Assembly (NCBI GenBank): GCA_002633005.1
Contig: NMRA01000031.1
Span: 334,888 to 398,887, forward strand
Source of the DNA: Phoronis australis
Lineage: Eukaryota; Animalia; Phoronida
Length of the DNA stretch: 64,000 bases
Reading direction: 5' to 3'
The position numbers and the translations under genes are program-made. The notes below the pieces were generated by a model. It worked only from the letters and a program-made list of their open reading frames with translations, had not been told where the DNA came from and made no database searches. Position 1 is the first letter of the stretch. Each line of letters begins with the position of its first letter. This document shows, one piece after another, positions 1 through 13,429 of the stretch.

Positions 1-820
1 AGAACTATATACAGATAAACATACACGAGAAACAAATGCAAAACTTGACTAAGACGTTACAATCCTACAATAGCCGCACTGACTCATTCATGACACTCGG
101 CCGCCACGGAGAGCAAGAATGGGTCTAGGACCAGCGCACTGACGGGTAGCTGGGTTTCAACAGTGGATTCGATGAACTAGAGCTAGTCGCTGATCAGCTC
201 AGCTATGATTCATTTGAGACTGGCAGCTTAGCTCGTGCCTATACCTGTGCACTGACTCTAAGGTCAGATTCGTTTTATTATGATCAAGTTCATTCTGGAA
301 AACTTCATTTTATCATGGCCATTCTTCGAAGGAATTTTTTGGAAAGGTGAGGTCCCGAGGTCCCTGGTTGAGTGACTTTGAGGCCGTTTCAAAATCCCGT
401 TATGAAACAGCCGGTAGTCCACTTTCTTGTGTGGCTGGAGGAAATGATACAGCTAGTATGTTCCAACAATGTACACACTTCAACGCCTTGAGTTCAAATT
501 CAGCTCCCGTGCATCACTGAGATTCTGCGCAGGCCCACTGTATATGTACACCTTATTTTTATAGTGGTGCGTCAAACATGACTTGCTCCGTGTGGGTAAT
601 ATGCACAAGAATGGAAAGTAAATGATTCAGTTTTGAAGAAAATTCCAGCGTAATACTAGGCCTATTGGAAACTAACAAAATCAAAGAAGTGCAAAGAGAA
701 CCTTTACAAGTTGATGAGCTATATGTTTAATTTTATTACTTTTAAGAAGTTTAAAAACTTCTTCGATCTACAGTTTGTGAAAGTAAACTCACTAATCTAT
801 TTCCTAAGTCAATAAGTAGT

Positions 821-1455
821 TTATTGTCATTTGAATTGTGAGAAAATCTTAGAACGACTTTGTAGAGCTGTCCGACATTCATAAATATCTTTGAGACTTC
901 TTTCAGATAGACAAATCAAATAGTTTAGTGTGCTTTTACATTTGGGGACCTGATGATAGATCGAATTTTTCCAGTGTCTGCTTGCAACTCAAATTCCTTG
1001 AAACATTGTCATTTCTTACAAGTTTAGCTTCTAGTGTAAAAAAATCACCAGTCAATCAGCTCATTTTCCTAGATACATAAACGTGTAATTCAGAAACCAA
1101 CAATCGAATCCATGAGCAATAAGTTTACTTTGATTTAATGACTTAATTCCTTTTTGATCCCTGTTAGTGAGTTTAAACGACAAATCTTGTACCGAAGTCA
1201 AAAGGCAATGCATTTATTGTCATTTAAATTGTGAGTAGATTTTTGTGAATTATCCAAATTTCATCAATATCTTTGAGAGTTATTTTTGATAGGCAAGAAG
1301 CGTCCAAGTGCACTTTTACTATTTGGGGATCAGATTATAGAGTTTTTTCCATATTCAGGCTTCAACTAAATTCATTGAAACATCATCAAAAACTATTTAT
1401 TAACCTGTCGGTTTTCATGGATACACAAACATGTAAATCAGAAATCAACGAATTT
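821..1455. repeat. Diverged ~390-bp tandem duplication (about 1.6 units)
   Basis: TTATTGTCATTT(G/A)AATTGTGAG, AATATCTTTGAGA, ATTTGGGGA, TTGAAACAT and GATACA(T/C)AAAC(G/A)TGTAA-TCAGAAA recur in the same order starting at about 821 and about 1214. Confidence 0.75.
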
Positions 1456-2075
1456 GTTTATCAAAACGGTATGTTATAAGCAATTTCCGCAGGCATGATC
1501 GCAGATTTTTGACGGGTAACCCGGGAACATGGGAGATGGGGCATTCACATTAAGGTGTATTTTTGCTCATTTCCGAGGTACCTATGACGGTTCACGAGTT
1601 TAACTTGAACTCCAAAATACGGCTGAAATAGTTTTTTTATTGCGAGTATTTTGCATACCCGTCCGACATGTACAATGTCATCACAAATCGTAGCCTCCAA
1701 TCTTTTCGACATTCGTTAATCTATTACAAGCAGTTCCTAGTAACGACCATCAAAAGAAATACTATTATCGTGATACTATTGGAAAAATATGACATTATTC
1801 ATAACTAACCATCGGAAGTAGCATTTTTTGTGTAATGCACAAATAGTGATCTTCACGTTCTTCAAAATTCCAAGTTTTTGATAGTGGTCGATCCTATTGT
1901 ATTTTTCACATTTTTGGTTGTTTGGGTCGAATGTTTTGATATTGCTGTGCTGTGCACGGTTGTTCTGGGTTTTTGATGAATTTGGAATCTCAGCTTCCCT
2001 CGTGAATACTTGGCAGTGTTGGATTTTCATGTATAGAGGGATACCCGAACTCAGTGCCCCAATGAGAGGGGGTCC

Positions 2076-2229
2076 CAGAGGTGGATCCAGGATTTTGAGT
2101 TGGGGGGCAGGGCAGAGTATTGGTCAGGATTTTGCCGTCAAACATTCGCGCTCCCGAACTGCCAAATGGAAATTGGGAAAATTTTAGGGGGGCCATGGCC
2201 CCCTTGGTCCCCCTCTAAACCCGCTTCTG
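2076..2229 (+). mobile_element. MITE family A, copy 1 (hAT-like CAG-G-GGAT termini)
   Basis: Begins CAGAGGTGGATCCAGGATTTTGAGTTGGGGGG and ends AAACCCGCTTCTG. Homologous over its length to 8300-8437 and 11823-11976. Flanks are GGTCC/GTTCC. Confidence 0.8.
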
Positions 2230-4733
2230 GTTCCTTTGATCCCCAGTGTAATTCCTTTTTCTCGCTGCTTATTGGGGTTTTTAACACTGGTCTCGGCATA
2301 TGCGTTTCCTTCACTATTTACGCTAATAATTTGGCCATGCTAGCCACAACACGGAAATTCGTACCTTTCTTGTAAAGAAACAAATCGGAGAAACCCTCGA
2401 CTAGTGGAGAAAATTTGCACGGTAATCGAAAAATTGCTACATATTATTACAACTCCTCGGTTTATAGCTACCTGTACTATGCTTTGGCGACAGGTTGAGT
2501 ACTGCATCCAAAGTGAACGAAAGTTACCTTACGTGTCCCTACAATCACTCGTTGTCCATGTGAATAACGTCAGAGATGCATTGAACCTTTTCACATGCAC
2601 GAGGGTTTTTCCCAAAGTCAGTAATGGCTTTGACCAAGTGCCATTTTGCTGGACGAGCTCCTTCGAGATTTTTTGAATGATGCAAATTGGTGTTCCTTTT
2701 TTATTATAAAACATTTTTCGAGTACTCGGATTTATTGATTTCCTGCTGTCATAGTCGTGAATGCATTTATCTCATTACCCTTTCATGAAGTTAGCAATGT
2801 TACACTTTGATTCAGGCTAGTTCAATGCTGGATTGGTATCATTTTTCTCCATGTTATTCGAATGTAGGGTTCAGTTGCCACAGTACAGCTCCTTGTACCT
2901 AGATTGTTTGCATAGGACGCTTAATTATATTGTCTTTTTGGCAACGGACCTTTGGTCACACTTTGATAGTCACAGAATTTTATGACCTGATGCTTAATCT
3001 AGACATTTCCCTCGCTAGTTCCTTGAGTGCCGCTAGGTGGGAGCCAGCAAGCAGGTATCACTTTTTACACCTGCGTTTATGATTGGCTGGTCGAATTATC
3101 GGCAGCGCTTTACGCAAACAAACTGGCATGACTGACGGAGCGGAGGAAGTGTAAATGTGGTGTGTTGTACAGACAAATCTGTGTTTAATTCATGTTCAAG
3201 AAATGTGAATCCCAGAAAATTGTGGTTGCGCCTTTTTAGAGTGCATCTTTCTACTATCGCTGACATTTTGTTTACGTTGCTGTTCTGTATTCATACAGCA
3301 TGAATACTACACAAGTTAAATAGGCCAGATGTGTCTTTATTGTACATGTATGTGCTTCAAGCACTAAACATTAATGCAAAGTCGACCTAGCTGCTGCTAC
3401 GCCACTTGCATCACAAAGGCTCAAAATCGTTCATACACCGCCATTTTCTCACTTTGTCTGCCGAGGTTACATCAACCATTGCCAAAAGCGCATGCTACTG
3501 CCTGCTGCCTGCGTGATGGCTACCACCTAACGGAACGCAGGGAACCAGCGAGGGTATTTCCATCGTCCTTGAGAATTGTGCAAATTTTTTATTAGTCACG
3601 GTATACTTATAAATGGTGCAAAAATTTGACTGGGTATTTCCAACCTCCGAAATAGAAGCAAGGTGGCACTTCCCTCGACTCTGTGTTACTGACTCGACTT
3701 GCGTTTTCCAAGTGAATCACGTGGTCACACTAACTTCCTTCGCGAGATTCTCGCGTCCGCGTTAGGCAACTCATTTCAGTAGGATTATGTTTTTTCTACT
3801 ATGCAACAGCTATCCTTTTGAATGGACGACACGCTAGTGCACCTTTTTATTCCTTAAACATTAAAGGCATTTCGATGCTGTTTCGTTGTCAATGTTGAAT
3901 TCTAACCCTTACAAAAGTTAACTCGACTTTTCGTTGATAACGTTTGTATGACGAAAAACGATTTTTGGCAGAGGGACATAATGGACTTTGCGCATGGAAA
4001 TCGACGTTTTAGGGGTCGAATAGACTTAAAGCATTTACTTTGACCAGGGCCCAGTTGTATAAAAGTTGATACTCCATATAACAACAATTACGTCGGGTTA
4101 TCACGTGTCAGTCATGTTGTTATTGTTGAACAATGCACCTGACGTCAGGCAACAATTATATCGTACTTATCCAGAGGATAATTTTGAGGTTTTATGCAAC
4201 CCAGCCCAGGAGTGTGTTTGTGTGAATGTACAACAAGTCGCTGTCTTCCAACCATTCGCTGAAATCAATGGCGGTGTTTGATTCAGATTCGCCAGCGAAG
4301 CGTTGGACTGCAACCACGATTGCTTCCGTTTCGATTCTTCCAACAATATCGTGACGCGCATAAATGGAGATTCAGTTTGACAGTTCGAACAATCCTTTTG
4401 ACGCAGATTCAATTTTCTGTTCGTGAAAGCCAGCGCCTCATGACGTATAGTGCAGTTCAGTTGCTCTGTGCCGGCGAGAACGATTGGGAAACGGTGGCAA
4501 GGATGACGACGCCTATTGCGTTGCATTCTTGAAACTTTCCACTTGATTATACTCAATATTTAAGAATAAGAGAACGTTTAAAACACAAATATTCCATTTC
4601 AAGAATTTTTATCGTATAAAATTTGAAAATAATAGAGTTATGAGTCCATTCTCTCATCCCCTCCTCAAAACAGCGGTGACGGTTCATGACATAGATCACA
4701 CTTTCCAATCACAGTATCGGCCTTTAACCGTCT

Positions 4734-5001
4734 TCAGGTGATCATCTTTGAAACTCCTTCAATCTTCTTTATGATTGACAGCATGTTTTGTGGCCGGCTT
4801 TTTGTGTCATCCGACCGGCACTGCAATCCTAGAAACAGGAGCTCGTGTATCGCTTCTTTGTAAATGGCAGGAGTTTTTTCTCGCAAGGCATGACAAACGT
4901 CGGTAATGGTAACTCCAAACGAATAAACATCCGTGAGCACGGATGTCAACTCCCCTTCGCGAACCTCGGGTGCCAGGTGCTCACATGTGTTGCTGCCGTA
5001 T
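4734..5001 (-). CDS. Terminal exon encoding a protein kinase C-lobe (subdomains VIII-XI)
   Basis: Acceptor TCTCTTATTCAG, then (R)YGSNTCEHLAPEVREGELTSVLTDVYSFGVTI...LGLQCRSDDTKSRP...* carrying the APE, DVYSFG and C-x-RP kinase motifs. N-lobe exons were not found and may lie in the gap. Confidence 0.7.
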
Positions 5002-5655
5002 CTGAATAAGAGACATCTGTCAGTAGTTACTTGTTCTACCTAAAGACACACTATTAGTAAAACAACCACTGCGTCTAGCATCGTTTACAAGAGGCCCGTG
5101 TCTTGGATACCTTGCTACAATAAAATAACCAGCCGTGACAAACTTGCTTACGTGTTCTAATTGTCAGCTAATTCTTAGTCCAGAAATCGCATATTTTGAA
5201 TAAGGAACAAATTACGAGCATTTTCATAAGAGAAGGTGGACTAAAGTAACAGTTGAGCTGTTTACGCTTCACTTGGACAAGAAATCGTCGCGTGTGGAAC
5301 GGTAACAGCGAATTCTACCCCATGATTCAGCATCTCGAGCTCGCCGAGCAATCACTTCGATTACTTCCATTATTGCAAGTGAACGCTAATAAGCGCGAGA
5401 AAATGCGGCATTCGCCATTCCCGTGGTATTGCGTGATTTTGAGTTTTCGTTAGGCGCTTGGGTCTACGGAACGCACCCCCGCTTGAACAGGAAATACTTA
5501 TCATTCTTACTATTGCAATAGAAAATGTAATCAAATTTCATACACGGCAATGCCGGAATTGTAAATTTTAACAGTCCTTCAGTGATTCTTTTTGCACGCC
5601 TAATGAACGACCCTCCGACGGTCCGGTTTACATGCCTGAGTCGAGTGATCAAGTC

Positions 5656-5860
5656 TTCTATAGGTTAGTATAAGCTCTTCAGTGTACAGGATCTATAGGT
5701 TAATACAAGCTCTTCAGTGTACAGGTTCTATAGGTTAGTATAAGCTCTTCAGTGTACAGGTTCTATAGGTTAGTACAAGCTCTTCAGTGTACAGGTTCTA
5801 TAGGTTAGTACAAGCTCTTCAGTGTACAGGTTCTATAGGTTAGTACAAGCTCTTCAGTGT
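5656..5860. repeat. 35-bp minisatellite, about 6 copies, running into the gap
   Basis: Unit TTCTATAGGTTAGTACAAGCTCTTCAGTGTACAGG at 5656, 5691, 5726, 5761, 5796 and 5831, near identical with no spacers. Confidence 0.95.
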
Positions 5861-6670
5861 NNNNNNNNNNNNNNNNNNNNNNNNNNNNNNNNNNNNNNNN
5901 NNNNNNNNNNNNNNNNNNNNNNNNNNNNNNNNNNNNNNNNNNNNNNNNNNNNNNNNNNNNNNNNNNNNNNNNNNNNNNNNNNNNNNNNNNNNNNNNNNNN
6001 NNNNNNNNNNNNNNNNNNNNNNNNNNNNNNNNNNNNNNNNNNNNNNNNNNNNNNNNNNNNNNNNNNNNNNNNNNNNNNNNNNNNNNNNNNNNNNNNNNNN
6101 NNNNNNNNNNNNNNNNNNNNNNNNNNNNNNNNNNNNNNNNNNNNNNNNNNNNNNNNNNNNNNNNNNNNNNNNNNNNNNNNNNNNNNNNNNNNNNNNNNNN
6201 NNNNNNNNNNNNNNNNNNNNNNNNNNNNNNNNNNNNNNNNNNNNNNNNNNNNNNNNNNNNNNNNNNNNNNNNNNNNNNNNNNNNNNNNNNNNNNNNNNNN
6301 NNNNNNNNNNNNNNNNNNNNNNNNNNNNNNNNNNNNNNNNNNNNNNNNNNNNNNNNNNNNNNNNNNNNNNNNNNNNNNNNNNNNNNNNNNNNNNNNNNNN
6401 NNNNNNNNNNNNNNNNNNNNNNNNNNNNNNNNNNNNNNNNNNNNNNNNNNNNNNNNNNNNNNNNNNNNNNNNNNNNNNNNNNNNNNNNNNNNNNNNNNNN
6501 NNNNNNNNNNNNNNNNNNNNNNNNNNNNNNNNNNNNNNNNNNNNNNNNNNNNNNNNNNNNNNNNNNNNNNNNNNNNNNNNNNNNNNNNNNNNNNNNNNNN
6601 NNNNNNNNNNNNNNNNNNNNNNNNNNNNNNNNNNNNNNNNNNNNNNNNNNNNNNNNNNNNNNNNNNNNNN
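5861..6670. other. Assembly gap
   Basis: Run of N. Confidence 1.
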
Positions 6671-6916
6671 GAGTCTTCGTACCACCTGTTCATCCTAGTA
6701 CCGGGCTGTTTACGTGTTGTGCGAGGAGTTTGATATCCGTTTGAATATTGCAATTATCGAGAGAATCGTTTGTGTTGCTACTATTTTTATTTGCATCCAA
6801 TTATTGACTCAAATGTTGGGATTACCTAGAATTCTGTGACTCATAAATTAACAAAAGACATGCAGCAAAAGTTCAATTTACTTTAAATTAGTGAGGAATG
6901 AAAATTAAGAAGTTAC

Positions 6917-7920
6917 CTGAACGCTCTCTTTGGCAGATAAGTCGTCTTTGGCTTCCGTTTTCTGAACATTTTTCTGATCCAATTTTCGTTCACGTTAGCA
7001 AGAATAGACTGCGGCATGTCTGCGTCAGGTTTTACAGCTATGGGTGATCTTGCGTAATAAGGGGCCCAGTTTCCAACAGAAGGTTGTCTGTGAGACGGCA
7101 ACTGACGAAAGCTCTCTTTAGCAATCACTTTCGGATTATGCCGCGTCGGCATGCTGAAACAACGGATTCGCCTTCGTTGTTGTTTTTGCGCCGGCGACAT
7201 GCGACGTCTTCGAAGTTTGTGTGCGCTAAACGTGCCGTGTCTGTTCACGAATTCAAGCGGTGGACGGATTATGCTTTTGACGCACGATTTGGCTTTTCGA
7301 ATATATTTAAACCCAAACGCTCTTCGCAATACATTTGAGTGGCACGACTTTACTTGCCGGAGCTTTGATGACATAAACTTCCTTACTGGGTAAGTCTTAG
7401 CCCTGCCCACAACGATCAATTGCGCCTGCGTTATAAATTTTGGGACCATAGAGGCGAAGCATGATGTTGATCTCTGTAGTATGCCGTCCTTTACCGCCAG
7501 TCGCTGAATCCCTATCTTTGTTTTGGTAATGCACGATATTGTTCTATACTTTATTTTTAATTTAACACCGCGCACGTTGCAACAGAACTCGCTGTAGCAT
7601 ATCTCAACTTGACGACAAACTTGAAAACTTAATTTCTGGAAAACGTACGGTACAGAACGAAATAGACGATTGGGGCGATTTGCGTATCTCGTCTCTAAGG
7701 CATTGGTGAACATTTTCAACCCGCTGACAAAAAACTGTAGGAGAGAAACAGGCTTTAGCAGCTGCATGAAGTCGAACGACAGCTCTGGGGGTTTCACCGA
7801 GACATTCGGCACTGTGAACAGCGGCAAACTTGAAGGTCTAACCCTGTACTTCTTTCTGTCTGTCATGTCTTCGAACGCGGCATTTTTTGTAGATTTGTTC
7901 GCAACAGCTTTTGTGGACAG
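6917..7920 (-). CDS. Probable 1004-nt coding exon of a Lys/Arg-rich protein of unknown family
   Basis: The 317-aa ORF extends in frame upstream (LSTKAVANKSTKNAAFED-M) to the acceptor ...CAATTCCAG at 7920. Its apparent stop coincides with the donor TTCAG|GTAACT at 6917/6916. No recognisable domain. Confidence 0.55.
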
Positions 7921-8299
7921 CTGGAATTGTTTGGAAAAGTGTAATTAATATGGTTTCCACTATTTTGCAGGTCAATGCACCTTATTCACGCAGTAGACAT
8001 TTTAAAAGTGAGCATTTTTTAGGTTTTAAAAACAATGCATTCCGCGCTTAATCATAGTGCAAGGTGTGATTTTTCGCATGCCTCGTTAATATTTATGTCT
8101 CAAATGCGTTTGTTTTTAACTAAAATGGCGACTGGGTGAATAAGATCTATGGCCCCTGAGTGTTTCCAAACGTACGTCTTTCATAGCATGACATGTCAAA
8201 AGTATATTTGATACGTTTTTAGTTCTTGGGTTGACTTTAGAAATGTTGTTGTGTATTATGTAAAATTAGACCTTTTATATACTTTTCGCTAATCTGAAA

Positions 8300-8437
8300 C
8301 AGGGGCGGATTCAGGATTTTGTGTTGGGGGGTCAGGGCAGTACGTTAGCCAGGATTGTGCCCGTCAAACATTCGCAAATGGAAACTGGGTGAATTTTAGG
8401 GGGCCATGGCCCCCTTGCCCCCCCAAATCTGCCACTG
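8300..8437 (+). mobile_element. MITE family A, copy 2
   Basis: CAGGGGCGGATTCAGG...AAATCTGCCACTG terminal inverted repeats; homologous to 2076-2229. Confidence 0.8.
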
Positions 8438-11400
8438 TTAACGTCCTAGCAAAAACTGAACCAATTTTAAGCAATTCTGAACTTGTTCAAGATTACTGAC
8501 TTTCAGATGTTAAGAATAAATGACGATTTTTACTACTGACTAGCCGGGACTCATTCAGGCGTCTGCAGACGTTAAGAGATTGCATTGCCTTGAAAACCTG
8601 TCCCGTAGTTCTGAGCAGAAAGCATTCAATTGTCCAAAACATGAAACTTTCTTTTGCCTAAGCCTTGATCACCTCAACGCTGTTGTTGATTGATGAAATT
8701 TGACGAAGTCACCGTTTTAAAAATACAGACTACCGAGGGATATCCACTAAGGACTAACGGATGATAGGTCGGCATACGTTTTAGGGAATGTCGTCACGCT
8801 GATTTAAGGGGTCTCTCTTCGCCACCCCCCCCCCCCCTTCTCGCTTCAGAATGAATGCAAGCTTTATCATTCGTAAGACCGTCCTTATTGCCATTTCGTT
8901 TTCAAAAGCGGTGGTCAATTTGGCATTTTGGAAATTTGTGCCTTCACCAGTCTCAACTGACAATGGCACCGGTCCACAGTTCAGTAGACATAGCAAGTTC
9001 AATCACGTTTTGTATCTGGGGCAGAAATCTGATTCACTCTCTAAAGACAATTATAACTGTTTTGAAAAATGGGTAATGTTTGGATAACGCTTCAAGAAAA
9101 TTGAACGGTCATCATCCACTTGCTATAGGTGGGTCCAAAGGTAACTTGATGTTATGCATTCTATTTTGATATGGTCAAATGGAGAAATGGTCCGACAGAA
9201 AATAACTGAGTCCACTTAATGACTTTTTGATATTTTAAAATAGAACAGACAAAAAATAACGAAAATCAAATTCGTTTGATAGGCAGATAATGGTTTGTAC
9301 ATAATAATATTCTAGCATGAATATAGCAAAAACTAGGACTGGGCTTGTTAACATTTTCATCAATACATTAAAAGGAAACAATCGGTTTTACTGCCGGAAA
9401 ATATATTTTGGGGGTGAATTCTGGGGAGCAGTGTCTTCATGAAGTTAACAGTAAAATCTGTTATGATTTTATTAAAATTCACCGATTCTTTACAAAGGTT
9501 TCCAGTCAAAGTTATCTGAAACTGGGGTAGCGACTTCATCAGCTCGATGTTTCGTTACAGGGGGCCGTGAAGATGGTCGAGACTTGTGTCGTGTATTGCT
9601 GATTAAAGCCGGCGCGCAAAAAAACTAAGGATTAATCTCCTGAGTATGCGAGAAAAAGTAACGAAGAGTCGAAGCACATTGAAGGAATAACCTCACGAGA
9701 AAAAGCATTGGGACGAAATGGAGTGATGGATTCCAGTGCGAGATTTCTCCAGTAGACAGCCGGAAGATGTGCTTTCCTACGCCGTCTTCTAGGAATAGCC
9801 ACCATTCAAGCATATTTTAGATTAATATCAAGCACAATCTAAAATCATCTTTGAATAGCTTATAATATTTCTGGTCTTTAACTCATTAACCCGGCGATTG
9901 AATTCGTCGCTGACTCTCAACAGTTTTCTGATGATCTCGGCCAGCCGATCGGAAACACACAAGTATAGTAATTATAAATTAAACAACACACACACAAACA
10001 GTTCCACAACTCTCCTCGGATAGGTACACTATGAAAATAAAAATTTTATGCATTTTTTGCAAATATTGTAAGAGGGCATCAAGTCCATGGCCTATTTTTT
10101 CTCATTTGATGAAATTTTTACTTGCCTCATTTTCAAGAATCTCGTCGTCGTCGTCCACTGCTGTACTCTTCATGCACAAAAGTTGACAACAAAGACATGT
10201 TAAACATGCCCGAAGATTTTTAAGAAATTTACCCATAATAATCTTTCGCAAAATTAATATTTCAATAGCATTTTAAAAGCGACTTGCATTCATAAAGGCA
10301 GCCATGAACAATGCGTCACAATGACGTTCTTTATTCTTACCTCACTTTATTGTTTGAGGTCAAAATAGCAAAGGGAATTAATTCATACTCTAATCTTTAT
10401 TAACACAAAGATACAGAATTTGAAGTACCAGTCCTTGTATCGAGTGAAATCAACAGAAAATAAATAAACAGTGATTCTGTCTTGAAACGTATACCAAAAC
10501 GTTTTGTTTTGATTTAATACTGAATCGTAAAATTGTACGATTATGAAATGCCTCGCTTGCGAAATACCAGGTAGGCCTATATAAAATACTGGATTATTAT
10601 AAAATTACCGTCTATGTACGTATTTAGGCATACATGTATGCACTTACGCGCAGCCTTACATGTAGGTATGTCTGTCTAATACAACCTAGTATGCTTTTGA
10701 TATTTTGATTACTGCTGTACTGAAAATTATATAACATATTCTTGAGCAGTTTTCTTGCAGGAAATGCGAGTAATTTTATGTTCAAAATTGGTAATGTATT
10801 TGACTTTTCAGTTTACGTGTTTCCACCTGGTGTCAAAATCTGTGATTAAGATAATTCAATAATCCAACCATTGATCACTAAATGTGACAATAGTCATGAA
10901 AATAAAAAATTGTTCATGTAATGATTTGAAACACAATATTCATTCAAGACAATGATTTGGTGTGATATGTATATTGTAGGCTGCGAGGTTCCCAATCAAT
11001 CCTATCTGTGGGACTGTTACTGTCCTCGAATTTAGTTGGCCTTGTTACTTTACGCTGTATCCTGGGCCTACCTCCAGAACAACTTTATCTGGAACAATTT
11101 GTTCTACCTTCTGGTGTGGAGTAAGTTGATGCCAATTTCCCTTGGGTATCAAGTTGTTCCAGAACAAATGACGTTCACACTAATTCTTTCCCCTTAGTAG
11201 GTTGCACTTGCAGCACCAGGGACTTTGTTAGGGTAAGCAGAATATACCTTTCATGAAGGTACTTGTTATGAAAATTACACCTCAGTGCGGTCATTTGTTT
11301 ATTTGTGTCATTGGAAGCTACAACAGTGTAGATCTACATGAAAAGAGGAAATAATTGCCTAACTAAATTTATGCCTTCATAGTCTTTCGGGAGTCCAGTC

Positions 11401-11822
11401 GTGTCTCCTGGCAGTCCTTAGGATGGAGTCTGAATGATACTGTAATGGTGTAGATGATGTTTTTCCGGTATTTTAATGTTAGGGTGATAATAAAACAGTA
11501 ATTCGAAAATTTTGTAAGGCACACTCTCTGTCGGCTTTCAGTGAACAGATGCATTTCTGAAAAACTATTGTGATGGCTACGACCTTAACTATTTTTACAA
11601 TCGTTCAGTATAAACTTGTACGTGCAATACGATGGTCTGGATGGTTATATTCCCAGCGGCTTACCAGTCAGTAGATTGAATATGCACTAGCAGTCTTGGT
11701 AAATAATTGGTCAAATGCTAACACAAGTTTATAGGAATGGTTAGCATGACGTCATTATGACGCTTTGGACCCAGTGTGACGTCATGTCTATTTTTATTTC
11801 CGGGTCCAAATTACGTCATCAA

Positions 11823-11976
11823 CAGGGACGAATCCAGGATTTTGAGTTGGGGGGGGGGCAGAGTATTAGCCCACATTTTGCTCGTCAGACATTCGTACAC
11901 CTGAACTGTCCAATGGAATCTGGGAGAATTTTAGGGGAGGCATGGCCCCCTTGGCCCCTCTCTAAATGCGCCACAG
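11823..11976 (+). mobile_element. MITE family A, copy 3
   Basis: CAGGGACGAATCCAGGATTTTGAGTTGGGG...AAATGCGCCACAG; homologous to the other two copies. Confidence 0.8.
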
Positions 11977-13429
11977 GGTCCCGTCTGAAATGGGACACCT
12001 AAGATGAAAGGCTGCACATCATTAAGCTTGGAAAAGAGCGACAGTTCACTCCATTGTCGGATGACCTTGCAAGAAGTGACTTTCCGCAGCATGTAGGCCG
12101 GTGGTACGATTTCACAAAAAAACAGGAAAATAGAGATAATCGATTCCAACATTGGACCCTCTCTTCGTGAGCTGACCCTTAAGAATTTTCCAATCAAAAC
12201 ACGAAAGGGTGGCCACTTGAGTGTCATCAATTGTCCTCTTCAAAAGCTGGGCCCCTAAATATGAAAAGATCTATATTTTCAAAAATCAGAAAATGGGCAG
12301 CAATTTATGTTATCTGCCAGCCCATCAATTTCTTCAGGTGATACACAAGTCAGAAAAAAAACATGAAAAATAGAGCGACAGTTGTCTTTGTTATCCTTTG
12401 CTAGAGAAGGGCCTCTGGAAAATACAATTTTGCATTTATGCATTTGCAAAACCGTCTTATTGAATTTGAAAATCCAGTGATTTATTATACTCTGCAAAAG
12501 CTTCGCTTTACCAATTTTCTCGAATTTTCGAAATACATGTATGAATGATAAAATGCACGTTTTCATGAGACCTACATGTATGCAGCAAAAACGCAGACCG
12601 TAACAATAATGTCCTGGCCAGGGCCCTCAAAGAGTAAACCATGCACTGATACTGAGTTGTCAAATGTTCTCTTGAAGTTTCGCTCTTATCCGTACTCGTA
12701 GTCTTTGTTTTCTCGACTGTCCCCGGCCCCAACCCTATGTCAGTTGCCATGGCTTAACCCTGACGCCTGGAATTTTTTTGGGGGGAAAAGGGACCTCCGC
12801 CCCCCTCACCCGCTTCCTACGGCCCTGTATTGGCGGATGCACCTAAACATGCGCAGCCCACTGCGTTGTCAGGGTGAGATTCCGGAGTCAAATCTGATGT
12901 TGGCCAGTTCAATTCTCAGTGTTAGTGACATTAGGCCTACTATGAATACATGAAATTTTAATTACACTAAACGATGAATTAGATAAGACCAAGTGTGTGT
13001 TTCAGTCTGTTGCGATGAGACAGTTCACTTAGGCATCGGGCTTCCAGCCGAGACTCACCCTCGGATTCATGGCCCGTTACGCCGGAGGGCACATGGTTTC
13101 CGAAGGACAACGGTCGAGTAAGTTGTAAAATCGCATGCCGGTGTCCTTTTTGGTTGAGGAGTTTGGGGGCTTTCTTGGACCCTTAAATCAGGCCACGTTG
13201 TGGTTGGAAACAAAGTAGATCTAAACGTCAAACTGCAAATTGTATATTAATTATGTTTTGTTTTTCAACTTCACTTTCATCTTCAGTTCGGGTGAAACTT
13301 CACACCTCATGCATCTTCAGAATATTTTTGAAACCTTGCTTTTATTGTAAATTCTCAAATTTCGAAGGAGACAGTGATGTTCTTTATTCAGTGCGTGGAC
13401 ACTGAGATCTCAAGCGAGACTTCCTATCT

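Noticed and set aside
5656-5860. 35-bp repeats of CRISPR-like length
   Set aside because: Units are contiguous with no unique spacers, there are no cas genes, and the context is eukaryotic; it is a minisatellite.
5822-6753. Long ORFs of 281-303 aa
   Set aside because: Artefacts of translating through the N gap.
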